Shown here: positions 40,409 to 50,277 of the stretch, piece after piece | Layout of the letters: every line of letters starts with the position of its first letter | Position numbering within the stretch: the first letter of the stretch is position 1 | Source of the DNA: an uncultured delta proteobacterium | Lineage (GTDB): Bacteria > Myxococcota_A > Polyangia > Fen-1088 | Direction of reading: 5' to 3' | DNA: 64,000 nucleotides | Assembly: GCA_963737265.1 (NCBI GenBank) | Contig: CAVTRY010000011.1 | Coordinates: 384,001 to 448,000 of the forward strand | The notes under the pieces: generated by a model | What the model saw: only the letters and a program-made list of their open reading frames with translations | Told to the model about the DNA's origin: nothing | The model's database searches: none | Position numbers and translations under genes: made by a program

Positions 40409-40948
40409 CTAGTTGTTGGGTGCGCCCGCGCTGACCCACGCGTGGAAGTTCTTCTTGTCGGTGGCGGTCAGGGCGGCCCCATTTCCGGTCGGCATGGTGC
40501 CGGCTTGAATCGCGCCGTCGGCAGCGGTCGCGTTGGCTTTCACGTTGGCGTAGGAGTCGAGTCCAATCCCAAGCACCGGGCTTGAGCCGCTGTGGCAGCC
40601 GGAGAGAGCGCAACTGGCGGCCATCAACGGCGCGATGGTCTTCGAATAGGTGACGGTTGCGGTCGTGGTTCCTCCCGCGGCGCCACCGCTTCCGCTGGCC
40701 GTTCCGCCGGCGCTGGTCGTGCCTCCCAGGTCGCCGCTGCCGCTATCAAGGCTGCCCGTATCCGTGCTGCCGCCCGCGCCGACCGTGCCTCCGGTGCTGC
40801 CTCCCGTCCCACTGGCCCCGCCAACCCCGGACGCCGTCGCGCCGCCGCTGATGGCGTAGGGAGACGGTTGTGCGTTCTTGTCGCCGCACGCAAAAAACAG
40901 ACAGGCGGAAAGGGATGCGGCGATCAGCGCGCTTGCAATACGTACCAT
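40409..40948 (-). CDS. Lipoprotein cytochrome c with CX4CH heme motif
   Basis: FFAC lipobox, Gly/Ser/Thr linker, VTYSKTIAPLM, CALSGCH, GTMP, WVSAGAPNN. Confidence 0.8.
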   Translation of the reverse strand: MVRIASALIAASLSACLFFACGDKNAQPSPYAISGGATASGVGGASGTGGSTGGTVGAGGSTDTGSLDSGSGDLGGTTSAGGTASGSGGAAGGTTTATVTYSKTIAPLMAASCALSGCHSGSSPVLGIGLDSYANVKANATAADGAIQAGTMPTGNGAALTATDKKNFHAWVSAGAPNN

Positions 40949-41085
40949 GAACACTCCTTTGGGCTACGACTTCTACGTGGACCTCGAAATCGACAGGCGA
41001 CCCGTCGTCGCGCCTAGTCTCCCCAAACAATGCGCAGGATGCAAGGGCCTGCCACGGTTTTCATCGAGGACAAACCGGGGGTGAT

Positions 41086-42528
41086 TTAGCTCGTGGGCTC
41101 GGTTCGGATCATCACGCGACCTAGGTTCGGTATCCGGCTGCGCAGCGATCGCTCGATCTTTTCGGTAAAGTCGTGGGCTTTTTTGACCGAGGTCGCACCG
41201 GGAAGCGAACAGCGAAACGACAGAGAATATTCAGACCCATAACGCCTGATTTCGATGTCTTGAGGTGCGATTTCTTGCTCCACCAGCCCCGCCGCGTCTT
41301 GCAGCGCCGCCAGGATGTGGGCGGTCTCCTCGGCCGTGGCCAGGGCGATGGCTCGTGCGTCTCCCGCCGGCTCGATGTGAGTGACGACCCGTACCAGGCG
41401 CGGAATCGTGCGACGGAGCTCTTCATCTATCTCGCCGGCTTTGCGATGGCCTTCGGACAAGGGCAGGTCCGCGTTCATTTCCAGATGAAGCTCGAGGACG
41501 AGATGCCCTTCTTCCTCGAAAAAGAGCAGGTTGTGCGCGGCGGCGTTGTGCGCCGCCGCCACCCGGCGGGCGGCGGTCAGGAGATCCTCACCGGATCCTT
41601 CCGCCGGCTCAACGTGAACGACGATGTCCGCGCGTGGAAACTCCTTCTTAATGGTCGCCTCCGCCAGACAGGCGATTTCATGACTGCGCTGCAAGGACTC
41701 GCCCCGATCTACCACCAGGATAAGATCCACGAAAATCTCGGGCCCGCTGCAGCGAACGCGGACCTGTCGGGCCGCGCAGACGCCCGACACCTGCTGGGCG
41801 GCGGCGGCGATGCGGGCGGGCATGTCGGCTGGCACGGTATCGAGCAGGTCAGCGATGGATTTCTTGCCGAGCCGCACGCTGACCAGAACTACGACGGCGG
41901 CAACGCCGAGAGCGGCAACCGCATCGGCCTTGGCCAGCCAAAGAATACCGAGCTCGTGCGCCACCAGGACGCCGACGAGGCCGAGCAGAACGACCACCGA
42001 GGACCAAATGTCGGTGGCAAAATGCAGGGCGTCCGCCTCCAAGGCCTGGCTTTCGTATTTCTTGGCCACGCGCATGAGTGCACGCGAGCGCGAGTAGTCA
42101 ACGGCGATGGAGAGGAGAACGACCAGGAATGACCAGAGATTGGCGTCGACGTGGATCTGGACGCGAAAGAAGAGCCGCACCGCGGCCTCTCGGATGATCC
42201 AGGCACAGGTGGCGAGCAATAGTAGGGTTTCGAAAAGCGCCGACAGATTCTCGATCTTGCCGTGGCCATACGAATGCTCGGAATCCGCGGGACGACTGCT
42301 GACCCTGACCGCCCAAAGAGTCACTAGAGCGGCCGCCAGGTCGAGACCGGAATGCATGGCTTCGGCCAAAATCCCAAGGCTGCCGGTCCACACGCCCACC
42401 GCGATCTTGGTTGCGGTGAGGAGCAAGGCCGCCAGAACCGAAACCAGCGCCACCTGGTTCTTTTCGGTCCCCGCGCCGCCCCGGCCGGCATGGCCGTGGT
42501 GCGCACTGTGATCGTGGTCGAACATCAT
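41086..42528 (-). CDS. Cation diffusion facilitator with three tandem C-terminal dimerisation domains
   Basis: His-rich N-terminus, EAMHSGLD, HSYGHGKIENL, ADALHFATD; three H/T-x-EP repeats. Confidence 0.9.
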   Translation of the reverse strand: MMFDHDHSAHHGHAGRGGAGTEKNQVALVSVLAALLLTATKIAVGVWTGSLGILAEAMHSGLDLAAALVTLWAVRVSSRPADSEHSYGHGKIENLSALFETLLLLATCAWIIREAAVRLFFRVQIHVDANLWSFLVVLLSIAVDYSRSRALMRVAKKYESQALEADALHFATDIWSSVVVLLGLVGVLVAHELGILWLAKADAVAALGVAAVVVLVSVRLGKKSIADLLDTVPADMPARIAAAAQQVSGVCAARQVRVRCSGPEIFVDLILVVDRGESLQRSHEIACLAEATIKKEFPRADIVVHVEPAEGSGEDLLTAARRVAAAHNAAAHNLLFFEEEGHLVLELHLEMNADLPLSEGHRKAGEIDEELRRTIPRLVRVVTHIEPAGDARAIALATAEETAHILAALQDAAGLVEQEIAPQDIEIRRYGSEYSLSFRCSLPGATSVKKAHDFTEKIERSLRSRIPNLGRVMIRTEPTS

Positions 42529-42720
42529 GGATCGGGGTCGAAGTGTATCGCAAAGAGGCACGAAGCGATCGGCATGTCTGCCTCGCGACGAATTAGGTTG
42601 CGCCCAAAGCTCCATGGATATACTGACGAGCGGGGTAGGAGCGGCGGCGGGAAGTTAGAGCCGAGGTTGTCACATATCTGTGAAACTTTGGTGCCGTATT
42701 CGCGCGTAACAAGGCGGCTC

Positions 42721-45357
42721 ATGCGAAATCCATTCTCCCTCCCATCTATTTTACCCAAGCGCTTCGTGCAGCCCGGCCGGGCCGCCGTGGCGGCGGGGAT
42801 TGCGACGCGCCTGCTGGAGGCGTCGGCGTCCGACAGCGAAAAGCTGTTTTCCACGCACCAGACGTCCGCGTCGGGGCTTTCCCAGGAGGAGGCGGATGCG
42901 CGACTGGAGAAGGTTGGCCAGAACGCCATCGCCCAAGAGGAAGGGCACAGCTGGCGCGACCTGCTCTTCATGGCGATCCTAAACCCGCTGGTCATCCTGC
43001 TGTCTCTGCTGGCCACCCTTTCGGCGGCAACCGGCGATCTGCGAGCGGCCATCGTCATGCTCCTGATGGTGATCCTGGGCGTGGCGCTGCGTTTCGTCCA
43101 GGAGGCGCGGGCCGACACCGCGGCAGCCAAGCTCAAGGCCATGATCCGCGTTACCGCGACCGCGATCCGCGACGGCAGCCCGCGCGAGATCCCGCTCGCC
43201 GAACTGGTGCCGGGGGACGTGGTCAGGCTGGCCGCCGGCGACATGATTCCCGCCGACGTGCGGCTGCTGTCGTGCAAGGATCTGTTCGTCATTCAAGCCA
43301 GCTTGACCGGCGAGTCCATGCCGGTCGAAAAGTTCGACGCCAGGGAAGCGACCGCCAGCGGTTCGCCGCTCGAGCTCAAGAACATTTGCTTTCTCGGCAC
43401 CAGCGTCGAGAGCGGAACCGCGACCGCAGTCGTGGTTGGCACCGGGGCCACCACCTATCTCGGCAGCATTGCCAAGTCCATCGTGGGGCAGCAGGTTCGC
43501 ACCAGTTTCGACAAAGGGGTCAGCCGCTTCACCTGGCTCATGATTCGTTTCATGATGGTGATGGTTCCGTTGGTGTTCTTCATCAACGGCTTCACCCGGC
43601 ACAACTGGAACGAAGCTTTCTTCTTCGCTCTGGCCGTGGCGGTGGGGATGACGCCGGAAATGTTGCCCATGATCGTGACGGTGTGCTTGTCCAAGGGCGC
43701 CATCGCGATGTCCAAGAAGAAGGTGATCGTCAAGCGCCTCAACTCCATCCAAAACATCGGCGCCATGGACGTTCTGTGCACGGACAAGACCGGAACGCTG
43801 ACCATGGACCGCGTGGTGTTGGAGAAACACTGCGATGTCCAGCTCGACGAGGACGACGAGGTCCTCATGCTGGCGTACCTCAACAGTCACTTTCAGACGG
43901 GTCTCAAGAACATCCTCGACCGCGCTGTGCTCGCGCACAAAGAAGAAATCCACGACAAGTTCAGGGTTCCCGAGCACCTCAAGCTCGACGAGATCCCGTT
44001 CGATTTCGCGCGGCGGCTGATGTCGGTCGTGGTGGAAACGCCGAGCAAGACAGTACGCCTCATTTGCAAAGGCGCCCCCGAAGAGATTTTCAAGCGCAGC
44101 TCGCACTTCGAATACGACGGCGAAGTCATGCCCATGGAGACCGTCCTCATCGAGGATCTGCGCGAGGAGTACCGCCGGTTGTCCGCCGATGGCTTTCGGG
44201 TTCTGGCCATCGCCTACCGCGACGTGGAGCGCAAAGCGGCCTACGCCAAGTCCGACGAGTGCAGCCTGGTCCTGCGCGGATACATCGCCTTCTTCGATCC
44301 GCCCAAGGAAACCACCGCGCCCGCGATCGCCGCGCTTCGTGAGCGCGGCGTGACCGTCAAGGTCTTGACGGGCGACAACGAGCTGGTCAGCAAGAAGATC
44401 TGCCATGAGGTGGGAATCCCAACCGATCACCTGCTTTTGGGCGCCCAGATAGAGGGCATGTCGGACGCCGAGCTCGCGACGGTCGTCGAGCAGACGACGC
44501 TGTTTGCTCGCCTGGCGCCGACACACAAACACCGTATTATTCTCGCACTGCAAAGCAAGGGCCACGTGGTCGGCTTTCTCGGCGACGGCATCAACGATGC
44601 CCCGGGCTTGCGCGCCGCCGATGTCGGTATTTCGGTGGATTCGGCGGTCGACATCGCCAAGGAGTCCGCGGATCTCGTGCTTCTGGAGAAGAGCCTCCTC
44701 GTCTTGGTCGATGGCGTTCTCGAGGGGCGCAAGGTCTTCACCAACATTCTCAAGTACATCCGCATGGGCGCCAGCTCCAGCTTCGGCAACATGCTTTCCG
44801 TGGTGGGCGCCAGCGCATTCCTGCCCTTCGTGCCCATGATCCCCATACAAATCCTGACCAACAACTTGCTCTACGATTTCTCGCAAGTGCCCATCCCCGC
44901 GGACAACGTCGATCCCGAACAGACCACGCGCCCGCGACCCTGGTCGATGAACGAGATCACCAAGTTCATTCTCCTCATCGGGCCGTGCAGCTCGGTGTTC
45001 GACTACACGACCTATTTCTTGATGTACTACGTGTTCGGCGCCAACAATCCCGCCCGCGCTTCGCTGTTTCAGACCGGCTGGTTTGTCGAGTCGCTCATCA
45101 CGCAGACCCTCATCATTCACGTCATTCGCACCAACAAACTTCCGCTCGTGCAGAGCCGCGCGAGCTGGCCGATGGGCATCACCACGCTTCTCGTCATGGC
45201 GGCCGGCTTGTATTTACCGTTTTCACCCGTGGCCGGCGCGCTCGGCTTCACACCGTTGCCGGCGCTCTACTGGCCCTTCCTGCTCGTCACCGTGGTCTGC
45301 TACGTCGCTCTCACTCAGGCCGTGAAGTCCTGGTTCCTCAAGAAGGCATGGAGTTAG
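42721..45357 (+). CDS. mgtA: Mg2+-translocating P-type ATPase
   Basis: LTGES, TPEMLPMIV, DKTGTLT, KGAPEE, GDGINDAP, NNLLYD, QTGWFVES. Confidence 0.95.
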   Translation: MRNPFSLPSILPKRFVQPGRAAVAAGIATRLLEASASDSEKLFSTHQTSASGLSQEEADARLEKVGQNAIAQEEGHSWRDLLFMAILNPLVILLSLLATLSAATGDLRAAIVMLLMVILGVALRFVQEARADTAAAKLKAMIRVTATAIRDGSPREIPLAELVPGDVVRLAAGDMIPADVRLLSCKDLFVIQASLTGESMPVEKFDAREATASGSPLELKNICFLGTSVESGTATAVVVGTGATTYLGSIAKSIVGQQVRTSFDKGVSRFTWLMIRFMMVMVPLVFFINGFTRHNWNEAFFFALAVAVGMTPEMLPMIVTVCLSKGAIAMSKKKVIVKRLNSIQNIGAMDVLCTDKTGTLTMDRVVLEKHCDVQLDEDDEVLMLAYLNSHFQTGLKNILDRAVLAHKEEIHDKFRVPEHLKLDEIPFDFARRLMSVVVETPSKTVRLICKGAPEEIFKRSSHFEYDGEVMPMETVLIEDLREEYRRLSADGFRVLAIAYRDVERKAAYAKSDECSLVLRGYIAFFDPPKETTAPAIAALRERGVTVKVLTGDNELVSKKICHEVGIPTDHLLLGAQIEGMSDAELATVVEQTTLFARLAPTHKHRIILALQSKGHVVGFLGDGINDAPGLRAADVGISVDSAVDIAKESADLVLLEKSLLVLVDGVLEGRKVFTNILKYIRMGASSSFGNMLSVVGASAFLPFVPMIPIQILTNNLLYDFSQVPIPADNVDPEQTTRPRPWSMNEITKFILLIGPCSSVFDYTTYFLMYYVFGANNPARASLFQTGWFVESLITQTLIIHVIRTNKLPLVQSRASWPMGITTLLVMAAGLYLPFSPVAGALGFTPLPALYWPFLLVTVVCYVALTQAVKSWFLKKAWS

Positions 45358-45387
45358 GCCGGGCTTAGCCGGGGCTTGGGGACAGGG

Positions 45388-47661
45388 CTACGTGATGTGG
45401 CTCGTGATATCGAGCCGTCCGTCCTGGGCGCAACTGATGCAAAGGCGCGCTCCGCGATGCAAACGACCGGCGACGATCTCACCCGCCAGCGGACCTTCGA
45501 CCAAGCGCTCGAAGGCGCGGCGCAACGGCCGAGCGCCCAGGCTACGGTCGGTTTCCGTGCGCAAAACCTGGGCGATCACGGAATCGTCGATTGCGAAGGC
45601 AATGCCGCGTTCGGCTTGCAAGCGCTGGCACGAGTCGTTCGCGATGCGTGCGACGATGGCACCAAGCTCGGACTCGGTCAGGGGCGCGTAGCACAGCACC
45701 TCGTCGATGCGATTCCAAAGCTCCGCGGGCAGGCGGCTGCGCGCCAGCGCCACGATGGTGTTGGTCGAGGGCGCCCGCGCCCGTCGGTAGCACTCGCTGC
45801 CCAGGTTGGAGGTCATCACGACCGCCGCCGAGGAGAAATCCACGGTGCGGCCGCGCCCGTCGGTCAAGCGGCCATCTTCGAGGACTTGCAGGAGCACAAG
45901 CAGGACCTCGCGACTCGCCTTTTCCAATTCGTCGAGCAATACCACGGACGCAGGACGCCTGCGGATGGCCTCGGTCAGCTGGCCGCCGTCCTCATGTCCG
46001 ACGTAGCCGGGTGGCGAGCCGATGAGCCGTGCGATGGCATGGGATTCGTTGTACTCAGACAGATCGATGCGAACCAGGGCGGATTCGCCGTCGAAAAGAG
46101 CCGCCGCGACGGCGCGCGCGGTTTCGGTCTTGCCGACGCCGGTCGGGCCGAGCAAGAGAAAGGATGCCAGCGGTTTGTGGCCGCGAAATCCGGCGTAGCT
46201 TCGGCGAAGGACTGCCACGATTCTTGCGCGCGCATCGTCGTGACCGACCACGCGCTCGGCGAACCGTTCGTCGAGCGATCGGAAGCGCTCGTCGTCGTCG
46301 CGCAGGAGCTGGCTGGCAGGAACATCCGAAGCATCGCCCACGACGGCGGCTACGTCGTGCGCCGAGATCACAGCCCGTCCGAGGCGCTGCGCGCGGGCTA
46401 CCGCTACCTCTGCGATGGAAAGGGCCCGTCCAGGTTGGGCACGCTCGGAAGGATACCGGACGGATAGCCGGAGCAAGCAGGGTCCGACGTCGGGCGCGAA
46501 GGCCGTGCTGGTCGAGCCTGCCAGCGCTTCCAATCCGACTTCGATCATCTCGAGCAGCGCCGCCGGTTCTGGGGCTGAAAGCACGACCGTCTCCGAGCCG
46601 TTCGACAAATCAGGACTGGCAACCTCGATGCGGCGTAGATCGGCTGGCGTCAGAGCGAGAATCCACCGTCGGCCGGCGCTCGCCGTGGCGAGCAATTGGA
46701 GGCCGCCGTCGCCGCCCTCGGGGCCAAGCCAGGCGGTGCCGTCGAGGACGATCGGCGCGTCGGCCGGAGCGCGACGGTGAAAGGCATGCAAGAGCGCGCC
46801 CGCCGACGACGGGGCACCGAAATCGCCCGCCGGGAAAAGAGGCGGTTGTAGGCTGGCGGCTGAGAGTGCCGCCAGGATAGAGGATCGGCCAGAACCGGGA
46901 TCGCCGACGACAAACACGACACGCGCGGTCTTGGCCTGCAAAAGATCGAGCAGGCGGCCCAGTTCTCGCTCGCGGAAAAGCACAGGGACGCGCGGGGGAT
47001 CCACGGGGAGAAAATCCCACGCAGCGCATGCATCGGCTTCCGCTACACGCGCCTGCGAGCGGTCCCCGGGCACGGCTACCGTCGCGTCGTCACTCGGCTG
47101 GACCAAGGTTGCCGGCGGCCGACCGGCAGCAAGCCCGGCCGCCGTGCGTGAGGATCGTCGTTCAAGGTGGGCCCCTGGCCCGGTCAGGGCGCGCATCACC
47201 AGTCCGCGCAGCTTGGCTGGGTCGGTCCCAGCCAGCTTGAGAGTTTCGATGGCCGATCCGCCGCCGCGCAGAACAGCGAGGAGAAGATGGAGGGACGATG
47301 TCTGCGCAGCGGCGAGTGCCGTAGCAATCTCCTGGCTCGCCCGCTCGATGGCCGCGGGATCCACGCCGTGATCGAGGTGTACCTTTCCGACCAGGACTTC
47401 GATTGTGGCCGATGTGATGCCGCGCTCGGCGAGCAAACGAGCGGCACTTCCACCCGCGCGCAGCATGCCAAGGAGGATGTCCACTGTGCTTGGCCCGCGC
47501 CCAGCGAGCTCGGCCAGTCGACGCGCCTCGACCATGGCGGCCCGATGATCCGCGCTAATATGAACATGCGAGCCAGCCTCGAGACCCGCGATCGAGCTCA
47601 AGGTGGCCTTCAAAGCTCCCGACATTCCACAACAAGCTAACAGGGCGGGCATATCCGTCAA
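45388..47661 (-). CDS. Clp/Hsp100-family ATPase with Clp-N domain, degenerate first AAA+ and intact second AAA+
   Basis: HLLLAVL Clp-N repeats; D1 GDPGSGRS/IVLDG; D2 GPTGVGKT, GSPPGYVG, LLDELEKA, GARPLRR. Confidence 0.85.
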   Translation of the reverse strand: MTDMPALLACCGMSGALKATLSSIAGLEAGSHVHISADHRAAMVEARRLAELAGRGPSTVDILLGMLRAGGSAARLLAERGITSATIEVLVGKVHLDHGVDPAAIERASQEIATALAAAQTSSLHLLLAVLRGGGSAIETLKLAGTDPAKLRGLVMRALTGPGAHLERRSSRTAAGLAAGRPPATLVQPSDDATVAVPGDRSQARVAEADACAAWDFLPVDPPRVPVLFRERELGRLLDLLQAKTARVVFVVGDPGSGRSSILAALSAASLQPPLFPAGDFGAPSSAGALLHAFHRRAPADAPIVLDGTAWLGPEGGDGGLQLLATASAGRRWILALTPADLRRIEVASPDLSNGSETVVLSAPEPAALLEMIEVGLEALAGSTSTAFAPDVGPCLLRLSVRYPSERAQPGRALSIAEVAVARAQRLGRAVISAHDVAAVVGDASDVPASQLLRDDDERFRSLDERFAERVVGHDDARARIVAVLRRSYAGFRGHKPLASFLLLGPTGVGKTETARAVAAALFDGESALVRIDLSEYNESHAIARLIGSPPGYVGHEDGGQLTEAIRRRPASVVLLDELEKASREVLLVLLQVLEDGRLTDGRGRTVDFSSAAVVMTSNLGSECYRRARAPSTNTIVALARSRLPAELWNRIDEVLCYAPLTESELGAIVARIANDSCQRLQAERGIAFAIDDSVIAQVLRTETDRSLGARPLRRAFERLVEGPLAGEIVAGRLHRGARLCISCAQDGRLDITSHIT

Positions 47662-47733
47662 AAAAGCCCTATTCTTCCCGCCCCCAAAGCGGCTAGATTC
47701 GAGGCCCTACCAAATCACCACACGAGGATTGCG

Positions 47734-48273
47734 ATGTTGAAGTTCAATCGTGTCGTAGCGTTCATTCTTGGAACGCTTCTGCTTTCATCGGTCGCCGAGG
47801 CGGCGAAGCCGGAGGATGTTTTCAAGGGCCGCATTGTCATTACGGACAGCCGACTGCCATCGCGCTTTCCGTCCGAAGGAGCGTTCGTGGCGGCCATCCA
47901 CCGCGCCTCCATCGACAAAGTCTGGCCCAAAGAAGAGAAGGGGAACGACCACGCGGTGTGGACCTTCGAGTACATCGCCTTCTTCGCCAGGCCGCTGAAC
48001 GATAACGAGATCACGGTCAAGTTCTGGGAGGTAGGCGGGGGTTCGCAGCGTTTCGTGGCCGGCGACGAGCAGTACACGCGTGAGCGGGGCAGCCGCATCT
48101 TCTCCGCCAGCATCACGGTGGCAAAGCCGGAATTCGACACCAACAAGCAGTACCTCATGACCATCGAGTCCGGCACCCGGGTGCTCGCCCAGACGAAGTT
48201 TTGGCTGCGCGGAAAGGGGCCGAAGTACAGTGGTAAGGTCGAGTTCTCGGACGAGGAAGCTAGACAAAGATAG
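47734..48273 (+). CDS. Hypothetical exported protein
   Basis: Signal peptide (AEA), high GC3, RBS GAGG. Confidence 0.7.
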   Translation: MLKFNRVVAFILGTLLLSSVAEAAKPEDVFKGRIVITDSRLPSRFPSEGAFVAAIHRASIDKVWPKEEKGNDHAVWTFEYIAFFARPLNDNEITVKFWEVGGGSQRFVAGDEQYTRERGSRIFSASITVAKPEFDTNKQYLMTIESGTRVLAQTKFWLRGKGPKYSGKVEFSDEEARQR

Positions 48274-48411
48274 CAGTTGCTGCGTTCGTCCTGGTAAACT
48301 TTAAGTGGGCGTCGCTATCTGTCGATGGCCGACATGTTCTCCAGACAGGTCACGGATCGCCGCGCGGCGCTTCAGGCATAATGACAGGGCTGGAGCTTGA
48401 GAGAGGACCAC

Positions 48412-49011
48412 GTGGAATCCTACAAAAGAACTCTGACAGCGGCTTTTCTTGGCATGGTGTCGATGCTTGGCTGCAAGGGTGGGGGAAGCGACGAATTGAC
48501 GAGCCGCTTGAACGAGGCGAACGACAAAGTCGTGGCGTGCAAGAAGGACGTCAACGACCTTAAGAATCAGAACGCGGAGCTCAGGCAGAAGTTGGCCCAG
48601 GCGATGGTCAGCCCCAGCCGCGTGCAGTTGACCGATCCAGATATCCTGAACCTGATTGCTGAAATTAAGAGCAAACGCGCGGGAGATGATGGCGACATCG
48701 TACTCGGCAAGGGCGACCTCAATCCCAAAGAGGCGAGCCGTGTGGTGCGGCAAGGCGCGCAGGCCTTGCAGAAGTGCTACGAGCGCGCGCTCAAGAAAAA
48801 TTCGGCTCTGCAGTTTCAGACGGGGCTGAGCGTGCTGCTCGAGCTCACCGTGAAGCCCACCGGGCTGGTGAAGGGCATGAACCTCGCGCCCCAGGTTGAC
48901 AACGAGATGACCGAGTGCATCCGCACGACGGTGTCGCGCTGGAAGTTCCCGCCGTTTTCGGGTGAAGCCGTCGTTGTCACGCAGAAGCTGACGCTCACAC
49001 CGAAGGGCTAA
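48412..49011 (+). CDS. Lipoprotein with coiled coil and AgmX/PglI (TonB-C-like) C-terminal domain
   Basis: MLGC lipobox, LQKCYERALK...ECIRTTVSRWKFP. Confidence 0.75.
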   Translation: MESYKRTLTAAFLGMVSMLGCKGGGSDELTSRLNEANDKVVACKKDVNDLKNQNAELRQKLAQAMVSPSRVQLTDPDILNLIAEIKSKRAGDDGDIVLGKGDLNPKEASRVVRQGAQALQKCYERALKKNSALQFQTGLSVLLELTVKPTGLVKGMNLAPQVDNEMTECIRTTVSRWKFPPFSGEAVVVTQKLTLTPKG

Positions 49012-49035
49012 CCGGCGCACGGTCCGGCGAAAAGA

Positions 49036-49057
49036 GATAAACAAGCTCCTGTTTATC
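49036..49057. terminator. Inverted repeat between convergent genes (terminator or binding site)
   Basis: GATAAACA-agctcc-TGTTTATC with T-run on the minus strand. Confidence 0.35.
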
Positions 49058-49184
49058 GGCGACCGGCGCGAACGAGAAGACGCGGGTGCGCCCGCCGTTC
49101 TCGCCGTCGCTAGTTGGGGCGGTCGCGGGTGAGCTGGGCGGTGGTCGACAGCTCGCTGCAGCCTGGGCCGACATCGCGGATAGC

Positions 49185-50039
49185 TCAACAAAGTTTTTGG
49201 TAGCGCGCCTCCACCGGCTTGTCCGCAGTGCGGGGCCGCTTTCCCGGATCGTTCACCGTCAAGCGCATCGAGGTGAGCGACCTGGTGTCGACGTTCATGG
49301 TGCGCGAAAGCGCGTAGTAGAGCACGGCGATGCGGTGGGGATAGTGGCGTGCCGGACCCCGATCGATGTAGCGCGGACCGTGGTTGTAGTGCGCCCAATA
49401 TGCATGGGTCTTGTGGGCGCACGGTACCTGCTTGTGTATCGTTCGCAAGACCCCGTGGCTGTCGCGCATGCGAATCGTCACGTCGGTGATTCCGCCACCG
49501 TCGCGCCAGTAGGCGAGCTCGCGCGCGCCGATGTCGATGTTGGTCACCGGATCCATGACCTCTTGCCACGGCAACCCGCGCACGTTGCCGTTCACGCAGC
49601 GGCCGTGCCCATCGACGATGCAGCGGATTCCCATGAGCCCACCGTCCTTGGCGTAGATCCGGCCCGCCTTCACCGTCGTGCGGAACGCTTTTTCGTTCAT
49701 GTCGCTTTCGTTGATCATCACGGCGAGGATCAGCGACGGTGGAAGGGCATAGCGTTTCGAGGAATCGAGCACGGCGTGGGCGATGCGCTCGCAGAAGGCT
49801 GGCTTCCACGGGGACGTTCGCCACCGTACGCGATCTTTCACATCGCAGATGGTGGCGGTCAAACAAGATTCGCTAGGCATTTCGCTTCCGATGTTTCCGC
49901 TCCCCTTGCCGGGCGCCGTGCTCTTCACGCCGGCATCCGGCCGTGCGTCATTGGACGGCATCGCCAGCGGAAACGCCATCATGCCTGCAAATGCGGCGAT
50001 GGCCTGAGTTACGGAATTTTGACCGAAAGCGGGTAACAC
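49185..50039 (-). CDS. Lytic transglycosylase (SLT)-like protein
   Basis: LILAVMINES (catalytic Glu), GGLMGI, DPVTNIDIGARE, AHYNHG. Confidence 0.75.
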   Translation of the reverse strand: MLPAFGQNSVTQAIAAFAGMMAFPLAMPSNDARPDAGVKSTAPGKGSGNIGSEMPSESCLTATICDVKDRVRWRTSPWKPAFCERIAHAVLDSSKRYALPPSLILAVMINESDMNEKAFRTTVKAGRIYAKDGGLMGIRCIVDGHGRCVNGNVRGLPWQEVMDPVTNIDIGARELAYWRDGGGITDVTIRMRDSHGVLRTIHKQVPCAHKTHAYWAHYNHGPRYIDRGPARHYPHRIAVLYYALSRTMNVDTRSLTSMRLTVNDPGKRPRTADKPVEARYQKLC

Positions 50040-50277
50040 TCGGATTCCTTTGAACCACCTAGAGGCTGAAACTTACTTCGGCGTGGATGCCGGTATCTCA
50101 ACTCCGGTCCGCGTGTGGCGAAGCCCGGAGGGAAAACAGGTCGGTCGAAAAAACATCTTTACTTTGAGTTTGGCGGTCAGTCAACCAGAAAAGATCCCAG
50201 AAAAGATCCGAGAGGGATCTGCCGCGTGGCACGGCTGCCACGATTCCCGTAAGGTCTCGGGCGGATCTTTTCCCGCC

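Noticed and set aside
41041-41054. Sigma54 promoter for the cytochrome/DUF5777 operon (TGGCAGGCCCTTGC)
   Set aside because: GG-to-GC spacing is 9, not the required 10
42529-42720. Mg2+ riboswitch or MgtL-like leader before mgtA
   Set aside because: The short ORF MDILTSGVGAAAGS has no prolines and no M-box features are recognisable
48405-48420. parS site (GACCACGTGGAAT); similar partial match near 57342
   Set aside because: Only the core CCACGTG(G) matches; the palindromic flanks of GTTCCACGTGGAAC are missing and both overlap coding sequence
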